Source: an uncultured Gemmatimonadales bacterium (GTDB lineage: Bacteria > Gemmatimonadota > Gemmatimonadetes > Gemmatimonadales > Gemmatimonadaceae). Taken from it: a DNA stretch of 49,399 bases. The stretch covers positions 1 through 49,399 of the forward strand of contig CAWKMU010000002.1 of the NCBI GenBank assembly GCA_963850905.1. Reading direction: 5' to 3'. Below the pieces are notes generated by a model. That model had not been told where the DNA came from. It ran no database searches and was given only the letters and a program-made list of their open reading frames with translations. The position numbers and the translations under genes are program-made. Shown here piece after piece: positions 36,474 to 46,372 of this stretch; position 1 is the stretch's first letter; each line of letters starts with the position of its first letter.

Positions 36474-37352
36474 GTGGATGACATCCATCTCACCATAGGT
36501 CCATGCGCAACCATCTCTGTGGCTCTCGCGTTTAGTCTGACGGTCGCCGGCTGTCAATCGAAGCAGTCCCCCGCGTCTGCGCCGCCACCGCCGCCCCCGG
36601 CGTCCGTGACCATACACGCCAGAGACTACGCGTTCGATGCTCCGGACGAGATACCTGCAGGCGTCACCACATTCCACCTCGTGAACGATGGGCCGGGCTT
36701 GCACCACGCCCTGTTCGTGCGCCTCGACAGCGGCAAAGCGGTTGGTGACCTGCTGGCGTCGCTCAAGAAGCACAGCCCCCTGCCTGGCTGGGCGACATTC
36801 GTCGGCGGTCCCAACGTGCCCGATCCAGGCAAAGAGTCGGTCGCCACGCTCGACCTTACGCCCGGCAACTACGTGATCATTTGCATCCTCGACATGCCGG
36901 GCGGTGTGCCGCACTACATGAGGGGAATGTTTCGCCCGCTAACCGTGACGGCTGCTGCTGCCACGACCGCCGCGGCGCCCAAGGCGGTCATACCGGTCGC
37001 CGACAACGCGATTCAGCTCAGCGACTTCCGGTTCGTGCTCGTGGACTCGATCACAGCAGGTACGCACACGATCCAAGTCGTGACCGCCCCCGGGCAGCCA
37101 CACGAGGTGCTCGTCGTACAGCTCGACAGCGGCAAGACGGGGCAGGATTATGTCAATTGGACTCAGGCGATGAAGGGCCCCGCGCCCGGCCACGCGATCG
37201 GCGGGACGGCCGCTGCCGGCCCAGGGGTCGTCCAAGTGTTCACTGCGACGTTCACGCCTGGCAATTACCTGCTGATCTGCTTCGTCCCGGACATGAAGAC
37301 CGGAAAGCCCCACTTCATGGAGGGGCATATGCGCACGATCAAGGTGAATTGA
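36474..37352 (+). CDS. Lipoprotein with two cupredoxin-like domains
   Basis: Signal ending VAGC; duplicated H...PGNY(V/L)(I/L)IC-X9/10-H-x-M-x-G-(H)M copper-ligand pattern. Confidence 0.75.
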   Translation: MDDIHLTIGPCATISVALAFSLTVAGCQSKQSPASAPPPPPPASVTIHARDYAFDAPDEIPAGVTTFHLVNDGPGLHHALFVRLDSGKAVGDLLASLKKHSPLPGWATFVGGPNVPDPGKESVATLDLTPGNYVIICILDMPGGVPHYMRGMFRPLTVTAAAATTAAAPKAVIPVADNAIQLSDFRFVLVDSITAGTHTIQVVTAPGQPHEVLVVQLDSGKTGQDYVNWTQAMKGPAPGHAIGGTAAAGPGVVQVFTATFTPGNYLLICFVPDMKTGKPHFMEGHMRTIKVN

Positions 37353-37397
37353 GCTGAAAGGGAGCGAGGCCGCGAATCAGCAACACCCGGGGGAGGA

Positions 37398-37967
37398 GTG
37401 TCTGACCACGAATTTCCGCTCGGCCAGAGTGCAGAAGCGTCAAGCCCGATGACCGACTCCCCGGTTGGACGGCGCCGCTTCCTGCAATGGGTGAGTGGCA
37501 TCGGCGCCACACTGGGCGCTGTGTTGATTGGCGTACCGGTGCTTCGCGCGTTCTTTTCCCCAGCGCTCCCGAGGGCGCGATCCGATAGCTGGGTGAAGGT
37601 CGCCGACGACGTAGCCGTCATCGATACCGGTGTCCCGGTGCGCGTGACCTTCGTCGAGAACCGCGTCGATGCGTGGCTCGAAGTTCAGCAGATCAACAGC
37701 GTGTGGCTCTACACGGAAGACGGAAAGACCTTCAAGGCGTACAATCCGCATTGCACGCACCTGGGGTGCGCGTATGGATACAACAGCGAAACCAAGAACT
37801 TCGCCTGCCCGTGCCACCGCGGACAGTTCGACGTCAAGACAGGACGCGTGCTGGCGGGCCCCCCGCCACGTGGGCTGGACGAGTTGAGAACGGACGTGCG
37901 CGATGACGCCGTCTGGGTAGAGTATAAGGACTTTCGCCTCGGCGTCTCGCACCAGATCGAGGCGTGA
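37398..37967 (+). CDS. Rieske [2Fe-2S] subunit of a quinol:cytochrome c reductase
   Basis: GRRRFL Tat motif plus TM, CTHLGC and CPCH boxes, GPPPRGL. Confidence 0.94.
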   Translation: MSDHEFPLGQSAEASSPMTDSPVGRRRFLQWVSGIGATLGAVLIGVPVLRAFFSPALPRARSDSWVKVADDVAVIDTGVPVRVTFVENRVDAWLEVQQINSVWLYTEDGKTFKAYNPHCTHLGCAYGYNSETKNFACPCHRGQFDVKTGRVLAGPPPRGLDELRTDVRDDAVWVEYKDFRLGVSHQIEA

Positions 37968-39472
37968 TGTTCCAGGCCGCGCGCCTCTGGATCGACGAGC
38001 GCGTAGACCTCACCGGCCTGCGCCGGACGCTGCTCGAGCGCAAGGTGCCGGCGGGGCTCACATGGTGGCACACGCTCGGCAGCGCCACACTGACGGTGCT
38101 CGTGGTGCAGGTCGTGACGGGAGTTGTCCTCGCCATGTACTACGCGCCCTCGCCGGATCACGCCTACGATAGCATTCGCTATATCGACCACACGGTCGCT
38201 AGCGGAGCAGTGCTCCGAGGCATCCATCACTGGGGTGCGTCGGCGATGGTTGTGCTCGTCTGCGCCCACATGGTACGGGTCTTCACGATGGGCGCCTACA
38301 AGTATCCGCGTGAGATCAATTGGCTCCTCGGCGTGTGCCTGTTGTTCGTCGTGTTGGGTTTCGGATTTACCGGGTACCTGCTGCCATGGGACCAGAAGGC
38401 CTACTGGGCGACGCAGGTCGGCACGAACATCGCCGGCACGACGCCGGTCATCGGCGGAGTCTTGGTCGAGCTCCTCCGCGGCGGAAGCCAACTCGGTGCC
38501 GCCACGCTCACACGATTCTACTCGCTGCACGTGCTCGTCCTGCCGATCTTGATCGGGATTGTCGTGTTACTGCACCTCGCCCTCGTCGTCCGCCAGGGCA
38601 TCGCATCGGCACCCGCGGTGCTCGAGCGGGACGCGCCGCCACGGACGGACGACGGGGCCTACGCCAATTTCTATCGCGAGACCTACACAAAGTCGAAGGC
38701 CGACGGCGTTCGGTTCTGGCCCGACATCATCACGAAGGACATTGTGGTCGCGACGGGTGTCGTCGCGGTGCTCGTCCTGTTGGGGTGGCTGCAGGGAGCC
38801 GGTCTCGAGCCCGCCGCTGATCCGACCGACACTGGGTACGTGCCGCGACCCGAGTGGTATTTCCTGCCGTTCTTTCAATTGCTGAAGCTCGTGCCCGGCT
38901 CCATCGAGAGCTTGATCGCTGTGGGCGTGCCTGGGCTGATCGCGTTGGTGTTGCTCCTGCTCCCGTTCTTCGATCGGCGCAGCATCCGCTCGCTCAATCG
39001 GCGCCCGGTGGCGCTGCTCTCGCTCGCCGGGACGGCCGCGGCGGCGGCGCTCCTCTTCGGTTCGTCGGTCCGTGGTGCCCCGTCCCCGCCGAGTGTGCCG
39101 GAAGTGGGGCGGCCACTGACCTACGTCGAGCGCACGGGTCGAACGTTGTATGTGCAGCAGCAATGCGGCGGTTGCCACGAGATCAAGGGCCAGCCAGTGC
39201 AAGAGAGACTGAGTGGAGCCCCGAATGCGCCAGAGCTCACGGAGATCGGCCTCTTGCACTCAACCAATTGGTTGCACAGCTTCATCGAGGAGCCGAGGCG
39301 CTTTCATCCGGACTCGAAGATGCCAGCGTTCGGGCCACCGACGCTCAGCCACCAGGAAATCGAGGAACTGGCACAGTATCTCTCCTCGTTGCGTGGCCCG
39401 AACTGGGCGACCCAGCAACCCGAGTTCCGCGACACCTTCCCCGAACTGGTGAAATCCAAGGGCACACCATGA
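37964..39472 (+). CDS. Cytochrome b fused to a C-terminal monoheme cytochrome c
   Basis: RGIHHWGAS...HMVRVF, FTGYLLPWDQKAYWAT, RFYSLH...LLHL, PRPEWYFL, then CGGCH...MPAF. Confidence 0.94.
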   Translation: MMFQAARLWIDERVDLTGLRRTLLERKVPAGLTWWHTLGSATLTVLVVQVVTGVVLAMYYAPSPDHAYDSIRYIDHTVASGAVLRGIHHWGASAMVVLVCAHMVRVFTMGAYKYPREINWLLGVCLLFVVLGFGFTGYLLPWDQKAYWATQVGTNIAGTTPVIGGVLVELLRGGSQLGAATLTRFYSLHVLVLPILIGIVVLLHLALVVRQGIASAPAVLERDAPPRTDDGAYANFYRETYTKSKADGVRFWPDIITKDIVVATGVVAVLVLLGWLQGAGLEPAADPTDTGYVPRPEWYFLPFFQLLKLVPGSIESLIAVGVPGLIALVLLLLPFFDRRSIRSLNRRPVALLSLAGTAAAAALLFGSSVRGAPSPPSVPEVGRPLTYVERTGRTLYVQQQCGGCHEIKGQPVQERLSGAPNAPELTEIGLLHSTNWLHSFIEEPRRFHPDSKMPAFGPPTLSHQEIEELAQYLSSLRGPNWATQQPEFRDTFPELVKSKGTP

Positions 39473-39813
39473 CCGTGCATGTGGTGACGATCCTCCTACT
39501 ACTGCTCGCACCGCATGCGGGGGGCGTTCTGGGGCGCGACGTCGCTTCGCAAGGCGATAGTGCCAAGATCCTCTATAGCCAGAACTGCCTACAATGTCAC
39601 GGCGTGCGAGGACTCGCGCCGAAGGGCATCAAGGCAACATTTCCCAAGATCCCCACGTTTGACTCGGCGTTTAGCGCGTCGCACACACAGGACTCGATCG
39701 TGAAAGTGCTCACGCACGGGAAGAGTACAGACATGCCGTCGTTCAGCGGCAAGCTCACGCCGGCAGAGATGGCGACCGTCGCCAAGTACGTTCGGGGACT
39801 CGCATCGAAATGA
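39469..39813 (+). CDS. Monoheme class I cytochrome c
   Basis: 114 aa; hydrophobic leader, YSQNCLQCHG, MPSFSGKLT; ATGA-coupled to cytochrome b. Confidence 0.88.
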   Translation: MTVHVVTILLLLLAPHAGGVLGRDVASQGDSAKILYSQNCLQCHGVRGLAPKGIKATFPKIPTFDSAFSASHTQDSIVKVLTHGKSTDMPSFSGKLTPAEMATVAKYVRGLASK

Positions 39814-39855
39814 CGTGGGTAGGAGACTACCCTCGTCGAATGGTCGGACTGTCCG

Positions 39856-40257
39856 ATGATGACCGCCGAAATGCGTGGCGCCACCGCCGCGTTGAACGCG
39901 CGGGCCGCGCTCCAACTCACAGCGGCCCAGGTGAGCCAGCTCGCAACCGTCAAGGCGAAACTGGATCAATGGCACAAGGCCGCCATGGACACCATGCAAG
40001 GGTTGCACCGGCAGATCAACGCGCTCGCGACGGCGCGCCAGGTCGATGAGCGTGCGGTGCGCGCGACCTTCGATCGGATGGGGCAGCTCCACGGGGATAT
40101 TGGCTTTGAGATGTTCCGCGCGCAGCAGGAGGTGGCCGGGATCCTCACCGCGCAGCAGAGCGACTCACTGGCGGCAGCGGGTCGAGCACAGATGAAGTCG
40201 GGCAAGATGGATGGCGATGGGCATGTGCTCCTAGCGGCGAGTTGGCCGCACGCCTGA
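39856..40257 (+). CDS. Spy/CpxP-like LTxxQ helical protein, apparently lacking a signal peptide
   Basis: LQLTAAQ and ILTAQQ motifs flanking a Met-rich helical hairpin. Confidence 0.6.
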   Translation: MMTAEMRGATAALNARAALQLTAAQVSQLATVKAKLDQWHKAAMDTMQGLHRQINALATARQVDERAVRATFDRMGQLHGDIGFEMFRAQQEVAGILTAQQSDSLAAAGRAQMKSGKMDGDGHVLLAASWPHA

Positions 40258-40265
40258 GGACCTCC

Positions 40266-42569
40266 GTGTTCACCACGCAAGACGCCCTTGAGTATCACGC
40301 TCGTGGTCGGCCCGGTAAGATCGCGGTCGTACCCACCAAGCCGCTGACCAACCAGCGGGATCTGTCGCTCGCCTACTCACCAGGCGTTGCCGACCCTTGC
40401 CTGGCGATTCAGCAGAACCCAGAAGCGGCCGATCGCTACACCGCCAAGCGCAATCTCGTCGCCGTCGTGACGAACGGCACCGCCGTGCTCGGTCTCGGCA
40501 ACATTGGCGCTCTCGCCAGCAAACCCGTCATGGAGGGCAAAGCAAATCTGTTCAAGCGGTTTGCCGACATTGATGTCTTTGACCTGGAGGTGGGGTCGGA
40601 GGACCCTGAAGATGTGATCCGATTCTGTCAGCTGCTCGAGCCCACGGTGGGCGGCATTAATCTCGAGGACATCCGTGCGCCGGCGTGCTTCCAGATCGAG
40701 CAGGCGCTGCGTCGATCACTCAAGATCCCCGTTTTTCACGATGACCAGCACGGCACCGCGATCATTGTGGGCGCCGCCCTCCTAAACGCGGTCGAGCTCG
40801 TCGACAAAGCAATCGAGGATGTCCGCGTCGTCTTCTGCGGCGCCGGCGCTGCGGCCGTGGCCACCGCCGAGCACCTCGTGCGCTTGGGGATCGCGCGGGA
40901 ACATGTCGTCTTGTGCGATCGGAACGGGGTAGTCACTCGCGACCGCACGGAAGGAATGGATCCCTACAAGGCGCGTTTCGCCACGACGCCGGGCGCGCGG
41001 ACGATCACCGACGCACTCGTGGGAGCCGACGTGTTCATTGGGCTTTCCGCCTCCGGCGCTATCGCTCCGGCCTCGCTCCGGGCGATGGCGCGCGATCCGA
41101 TCATCTTCGCGTTGGCGAACCCAGTGCCAGAGATCATGCCGGACCAGGCGCGTGAGATCCGGCCGGACGCCATCCTGGCGACCGGCCGGAGCGACTTTCC
41201 GAACCAGGTGAACAATGTCCTCGGGTTCCCCTCCATCTTTCGTGGGGCCTTGGATGCCCGCGCGACGGCGATCAACGAAGAGATGAAAATGGCCGCCACC
41301 CGGGCGCTGGCGAGCCTCGCGCGGGAAGAGGTACCTGACGCTGTGGCGCGGCTCTATGGTGTCCCGGACATGCACTTCGGCCGGTCATATCTCATCCCGG
41401 TCCCGTTCGACCCACGGATCCTGATTACGGTCGCGCCGGCGGTCGCGTGGGCGGCCGTGGCCAGCGGCGCGGCATTGGGCATGATTGATGTTGACGAGTA
41501 CCGAGACCGCCTGCGGGCCCGATTCGACCGGGCGCAGGGGATCATGCACGGTCTCGTGCAGCGCGCTCGGCGCGAGCCGAAGCGGGTGGTGTTTCCCGAG
41601 GGCACCAACCACACCATTCTACGCGCGGCGCGAGCCGTCGCTGACGATGACCTCGCGCACCCGATCCTGCTCGGCTCGCTGGCATCCGTCGAGCGAGAGG
41701 CTGTGGCGGCGGGTGTCGTCCTCGATGGCATCGATGTACAGGATCCGGCGACCTCACCCCAACGGGCTACGCTCGCACATGCGCTCTGGACGCGGCGCCA
41801 GCGCAAAGGGCTGAGCCTCGCCGAGGCCACTCACCGCGTCTATAACGCCAACTATTTCGGCGCGCTGCTCGTCGCCACCGGGTACGCCGACGCACTGGTC
41901 TCGGGTGCTACGCTGCACTACCCCGAAACGCTCCGGCCGGCACTCGAAGCGGTGGGGCCGCAGGAGGGTGTCGACATCGTGAGTGGGATGTATATCCTGG
42001 CATTCGACCAGCAGGTCGTCTTCTGCGCTGACACGACGGTGAACATCGACCCGTCGGCTTCGCAGTTGGCCCAGATCGCACTCGCGACCGCCCGAGTGGT
42101 CCGCAGCTTCGGGATCGAGCCACGCATAGCGATGCTCTCGTTCGCGAATTTCGGGTCCGTCAGGCATCCCGCAGCGAGCCGGGTCGCCGAGGCTGTGGCG
42201 CTCGTGCGGCAGACCGACAGCACGCTCATGATCGACGGTGAGCTGCAAGCCGATACGGCGCTAGACGAGGAAAAGCTCCGCGCAATGTACCCGTTCAGCG
42301 CGCTTCGCGAGCCGGCAAACGTGCTCATTTTTCCGGACCTCAACGCGGGCAATATCGGCTATAAGCTGCTGCACCGGTTGGGCGGTGCGACCGCCATCGG
42401 ACCAATCCTGCTTGGGATGGCTAAGCCGATCCACATCCTGGAAGCCGGCGCCGATGTCGGCGACATTGTGAACATGACGGCGATCGCGGTGGTCGACGCG
42501 CAAGAGCGAACAGCCGTCGTGGGAGGGACGCCCTCAGTGGCGACTCGACAATCCAAGCGCTCCGGGTGA
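40266..42569 (+). CDS. maeB: NADP-dependent malic enzyme with phosphotransacetylase-like domain
   Basis: [83 protein letters not shown] before GTG 40266. Confidence 0.96.
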   Translation: MFTTQDALEYHARGRPGKIAVVPTKPLTNQRDLSLAYSPGVADPCLAIQQNPEAADRYTAKRNLVAVVTNGTAVLGLGNIGALASKPVMEGKANLFKRFADIDVFDLEVGSEDPEDVIRFCQLLEPTVGGINLEDIRAPACFQIEQALRRSLKIPVFHDDQHGTAIIVGAALLNAVELVDKAIEDVRVVFCGAGAAAVATAEHLVRLGIAREHVVLCDRNGVVTRDRTEGMDPYKARFATTPGARTITDALVGADVFIGLSASGAIAPASLRAMARDPIIFALANPVPEIMPDQAREIRPDAILATGRSDFPNQVNNVLGFPSIFRGALDARATAINEEMKMAATRALASLAREEVPDAVARLYGVPDMHFGRSYLIPVPFDPRILITVAPAVAWAAVASGAALGMIDVDEYRDRLRARFDRAQGIMHGLVQRARREPKRVVFPEGTNHTILRAARAVADDDLAHPILLGSLASVEREAVAAGVVLDGIDVQDPATSPQRATLAHALWTRRQRKGLSLAEATHRVYNANYFGALLVATGYADALVSGATLHYPETLRPALEAVGPQEGVDIVSGMYILAFDQQVVFCADTTVNIDPSASQLAQIALATARVVRSFGIEPRIAMLSFANFGSVRHPAASRVAEAVALVRQTDSTLMIDGELQADTALDEEKLRAMYPFSALREPANVLIFPDLNAGNIGYKLLHRLGGATAIGPILLGMAKPIHILEAGADVGDIVNMTAIAVVDAQERTAVVGGTPSVATRQSKRSG

Positions 42570-42580
42570 CGTCGGATCGA

Positions 42581-43198
42581 TTAGGATCGCTGGACCGAAA
42601 GGCGTGTCGGCGCCTCGTCAAGACGAACGGTCTCTGCCCGCGCGAGGATCGGATGCCCGCCAAGACACTCACCAGACTTCGGGCATTCCTGGCAGCGAGC
42701 TGACGGCAGCGACTGCGGCGCGAGCCGCGGCTCGGCGCCCAGCCAATACAGCCCATTCGCCATGATGCAATAGCCGGTCGCGGCGAACCACACCATTGCA
42801 CCACCGACAAACGCCGTGAACAGAGTCACCCACGGACTGTACACGAGCACCAGCACCGACGCGATCGAGATGTTGATGCCAACCGCGAGGTAGATCCGGC
42901 GCTCGAGATACCACCGGTCGGTCTGCATGAAGTACAGGTTCCAGCGCGTGGGTTTGCTCGACGCGAGCATGGGAGTGAAGCCAAGCCGGCGCAGCACATT
43001 GCCCACGGGACAAAAACCCGTGAACGCGACATTGATGGAGACGAGCCCGGTCGCGATGACTCCCAAGATCCACAGCCGGTTCACCAACAGCGCCATCGCC
43101 GTGCTTGCCAGCAGAACCACGCCGGCGATCAACCAGACCGTCCGCTCGATATACCAACGGTTCGTCGGGACGATATATACGCCGGAGCGGAGCGGCAT
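42581..43198 (-). CDS. Membrane protein with tandem DUF2892 (YgaP-like TM) domains
   Basis: Internal repeat TNRWYIER..WLIAG...FTGFCP / TDRWYLER..YLAVG...ATGYCI. Confidence 0.8.
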   Translation of the reverse strand: MPLRSGVYIVPTNRWYIERTVWLIAGVVLLASTAMALLVNRLWILGVIATGLVSINVAFTGFCPVGNVLRRLGFTPMLASSKPTRWNLYFMQTDRWYLERRIYLAVGINISIASVLVLVYSPWVTLFTAFVGGAMVWFAATGYCIMANGLYWLGAEPRLAPQSLPSARCQECPKSGECLGGHPILARAETVRLDEAPTRLSVQRS

Positions 43199-43412
43199 GC
43201 GCGAAAATGTATCCCCGCCAGAACTCAACGCAAGCCTGCCGCAGACATCACGATCTGCACGGAACCGGCCATCCGACGGAGCGACGACGTGCGAGCCACG
43301 GTGTGGCAGCAAGTTCACCCGAGCTTAGCCGAGCACGCAGCAATCGGCGCCGCTCGACGTACCCCGTGCACGTCCATTGGACCGAGCAGACGAACGGTGT
43401 GCCGACCATCCG

Positions 43413-43919
43413 TCAGGTCTGCGGGTGAGCTCCCGAAGGCAAAGGCGGATGGCCACGCGGCGCAGTATGCAAGTGGCGCAACGCGCTGTCCGAAAGCATC
43501 TGGCCGCCCGACTGGGTCAGCGTGCGAATGACGGCGCTCGCGCTGTCGGCGACGGCAGACTCGTGCAACGCCGTCGCCGCCATCACGATGCCGAAGTAGG
43601 GTGCGGCCTCGTTTGGCGCCGCCGCTGCCGCCGCCCGGTATTCTGCGAGAGCCAACGGGTACGCCTTGGCCCTGTACGCGGCGTTCGCACTGTCGAGTGC
43701 CTCACGGGCCGCGGCGGGCAGAGGCGGTGCGTTAACCGAGCCGTCGCCTGCCCCGGAGACGGGTCCCGGCAGCGCTCGCGTTGCCAAACGTTGGCGCGAC
43801 CGATACCCGATCGTGGCGAAAAGGGCGATAACACCGACGATGAGGAGCGTCACAAGGACCGTGGTGACGATCGTGCGCCTGAGACTCGGTTTTTCGGAAG
43901 GGTAGGTCGTCGACGACAT
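43413..43919 (-). CDS. Hypothetical membrane-anchored protein with a TPR-like segment
   Basis: N-terminal TM; ALDSANAAYRAKAYPLALAEYRAA...PNEAAPYFG. Confidence 0.6.
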   Translation of the reverse strand: MSSTTYPSEKPSLRRTIVTTVLVTLLIVGVIALFATIGYRSRQRLATRALPGPVSGAGDGSVNAPPLPAAAREALDSANAAYRAKAYPLALAEYRAAAAAAPNEAAPYFGIVMAATALHESAVADSASAVIRTLTQSGGQMLSDSALRHLHTAPRGHPPLPSGAHPQT

Positions 43920-44091
43920 CGCTGTCTCACTGCCCGAGCATCAGCGCGACCTTCGCGACCGCACCGCGCCGGACCACAATGTAGAATGAGTCCATCGTCC
44001 AGCAAGAGCGAGGTCGGTGTAGGGCTTTACCTGGCATCCTGCCTCAGAGCCACGAAGGTTGGGCAGCGATCGATCGCACACGGGCAACGCC

Positions 44092-45210
44092 TTATTGGAT
44101 CGACCGTCGAAATAACCAGGTCGCCGCACCGAGAGTGACGGTGGCGATCGCAGCCATTGGCCAGAGGTCGGATGCGATCAACCGAAGGTCGGCGCCCTCC
44201 AGGTACACGCGCCTGGCCAGGTCAATAGCGTATCGCAGGGGGTTGACCAACGTCACGTACTGCAGGCTGGCGGGCATACTCGAGACAGGTGTCGTGAGGC
44301 CGGACAGGAGCGAAAACGGCATGATCGCGACCATCGAATAAATCATGGCCTGCTGCATTGTTGTCGCCAGGGAAGAGATGAGCAGCCCGATGCCAACCGT
44401 GGCCAGAAGAAACATGACGATCCCGATGTAGAGCGTGACAAATGATCCGGCGAACGGGATGCGGAACCAGAACTGCGCTACGAGCAATGCGTTGGTAGCC
44501 TGTATCGTCGCCACGATCATGGAGGGCACGGTCTTGCCGACCATGATCTCGACCGGGCTATAGGGCGTGACCAGCAGCTGATCCAACGTCCCGTCCTCGC
44601 GCTCGCGGACGACTGACATCGCCGTCAGCAGCAAGCCCTGGTTCAACGTCAGCGTCACGATGAGGCTGGGAATGAACGCCCATCGTGTTTCCAGGTTGGG
44701 GTTGTACCAATCCCGGGTCACCACTTGTATCGGGGGCGCCCGCCCGCCGTGCTGCGCCACCCAATCAGCGTTGAACTTCGCCACCACCGCCCCGACGTAG
44801 CTCGTCGCGATGCCAGCGGTGTTGGAATTCCGCCCGTCGGCGATGACCTGGACGACAGCGGGCGCGCCGGCGACCAGATGCCGTTCGAAGTTCTGCTCCA
44901 CTTGCAGAGCGAGGACGACTCGTTGCTCGTTGATGTACGTCGTGAGATCCTCAGGGCGATCGAGGTTGGCAACGCGATGAAAAACACCCGACCCATCCAA
45001 ACCGGCGAGCAGCTGTCGCGACGCTGGATCGCGAGACTGATCCAGAACCGCGTACGGCACGTTGGTCAGGTCGTACGTGGCCGCATAGCCGAAAATCAGG
45101 CACTGGATGATCGGCGGTAGGATGAGACTCAATCGGCTGCGCGGGTCCTTGAGGACGGCAAGCAGCTCCTTGCGCGTCAGAGCAAGTATTCTGTAGAGCG
45201 CGTCGATCAT
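44092..45210 (-). CDS. ABC-2 type exporter permease (YbhR-like)
   Basis: ALTRKELL, DGRNSN, WYNPNL, VREREDGTLDQLLVTP, NPLRY. Confidence 0.92.
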   Translation of the reverse strand: MIDALYRILALTRKELLAVLKDPRSRLSLILPPIIQCLIFGYAATYDLTNVPYAVLDQSRDPASRQLLAGLDGSGVFHRVANLDRPEDLTTYINEQRVVLALQVEQNFERHLVAGAPAVVQVIADGRNSNTAGIATSYVGAVVAKFNADWVAQHGGRAPPIQVVTRDWYNPNLETRWAFIPSLIVTLTLNQGLLLTAMSVVREREDGTLDQLLVTPYSPVEIMVGKTVPSMIVATIQATNALLVAQFWFRIPFAGSFVTLYIGIVMFLLATVGIGLLISSLATTMQQAMIYSMVAIMPFSLLSGLTTPVSSMPASLQYVTLVNPLRYAIDLARRVYLEGADLRLIASDLWPMAAIATVTLGAATWLFRRSIQ

Positions 45211-45220
45211 GCTGCCGCCA

Positions 45221-46372
45221 TTATCCAAGAGTCTTCCGCGTCAGCGAGCGCGCCACCCAGAGTAGCACTGCGGCTGCCGTCGCGAGCACGATGATATTGG
45301 GGATCACAATACCCCACACGTTCCCGGCCAGGAACAAGGTCTGAAGCAACGTGACGAAGTACCGAGCCGGTAAGATGTACGTGAGCAACCGTACGGCGAC
45401 GGGCACGCTGCGGAGGTCGAACAGGAAGCCCGATAGCAGGAACGCGGGCAGAAACGTCGCGATGAGTGTGATTTGACTGGCCACGAACTGGCTCTTCGTG
45501 GCCGAGGAGATCGAGAGGCCCGCGGCAAGCGCGACCAGCAGATAGACCGCCGACACCGTGGCCAGCAGCCAGACCGAGCCGCGGAACGGCACGTGAAAGA
45601 GAAACTTGGCGGACAGGAGGCAGAGCGCGAGGCCGATCATGCCGAGGGCGAAGTATGGAATGATCTTGCCAAGCAGGATCTCTCCCGGCCGCACCGGCGT
45701 CACGAACAACGCCTCCAATGTCCCGCGCTCCCACTCCCGCGCCATGACCATCGATGTGAGCATCGCGCCAATGAGGGTCATCACCAACACAATGAGGCCC
45801 GGCACCAGGAAATAGTGACTGTCATTGGCCTCGTTGAACCACATCCGGTCTCGCACGACAACCAGCCCTGCAGCCGCGGGCTGGCCCTCAGCTACCTGCC
45901 GCCCCGCCCACTCGGCGACCGCACCGCTGGCATAGCCCTCAATAATGCGGGCCCGGTTCGCGTCGACCGCGTTGACGACCAACTGCACAGGTGCCTGACC
46001 GTCGGCCACCCGCCGTGCAAAATTGGATTGGATCTGCACGATTCCGTCGACGCCACCCGTTTGCAGCAGCCGCTCCGCCGCCGGCATGGAGGTGAAAACG
46101 AACGTCCTGAAGTACCGGGACAGCTGAAAACCCGACGCCAACTGTGCAGCCTCGGGACCGGGATCCTCCAGCACCAGGGCGACATTGACGTCCTGGACGT
46201 CCAGCGACAGCCCGTAACCAAACAGAAGGATCAGAATCAATGGCAGCACGATCCCGATCGCGATGCTGCTCGGATCACGAATGACCTGACGGCCCTCCTT
46301 GCGAACGAGTGCCGCAATCCGCCGGAGTGCGCCGCTCCGCGGGTCGGGAGAGGCCTCACCCCTGTCATTCAC
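45221..46372 (-). CDS. ABC-2 type exporter permease (YbhS-like)
   Basis: RKEGRQVIRDP, LFGYGLSLD, LVPGLI, AREWERGTLEALFVTP, LSGFLF, PARYFV. Confidence 0.92.
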   Translation of the reverse strand: MNDRGEASPDPRSGALRRIAALVRKEGRQVIRDPSSIAIGIVLPLILILLFGYGLSLDVQDVNVALVLEDPGPEAAQLASGFQLSRYFRTFVFTSMPAAERLLQTGGVDGIVQIQSNFARRVADGQAPVQLVVNAVDANRARIIEGYASGAVAEWAGRQVAEGQPAAAGLVVVRDRMWFNEANDSHYFLVPGLIVLVMTLIGAMLTSMVMAREWERGTLEALFVTPVRPGEILLGKIIPYFALGMIGLALCLLSAKFLFHVPFRGSVWLLATVSAVYLLVALAAGLSISSATKSQFVASQITLIATFLPAFLLSGFLFDLRSVPVAVRLLTYILPARYFVTLLQTLFLAGNVWGIVIPNIIVLATAAAVLLWVARSLTRKTLG

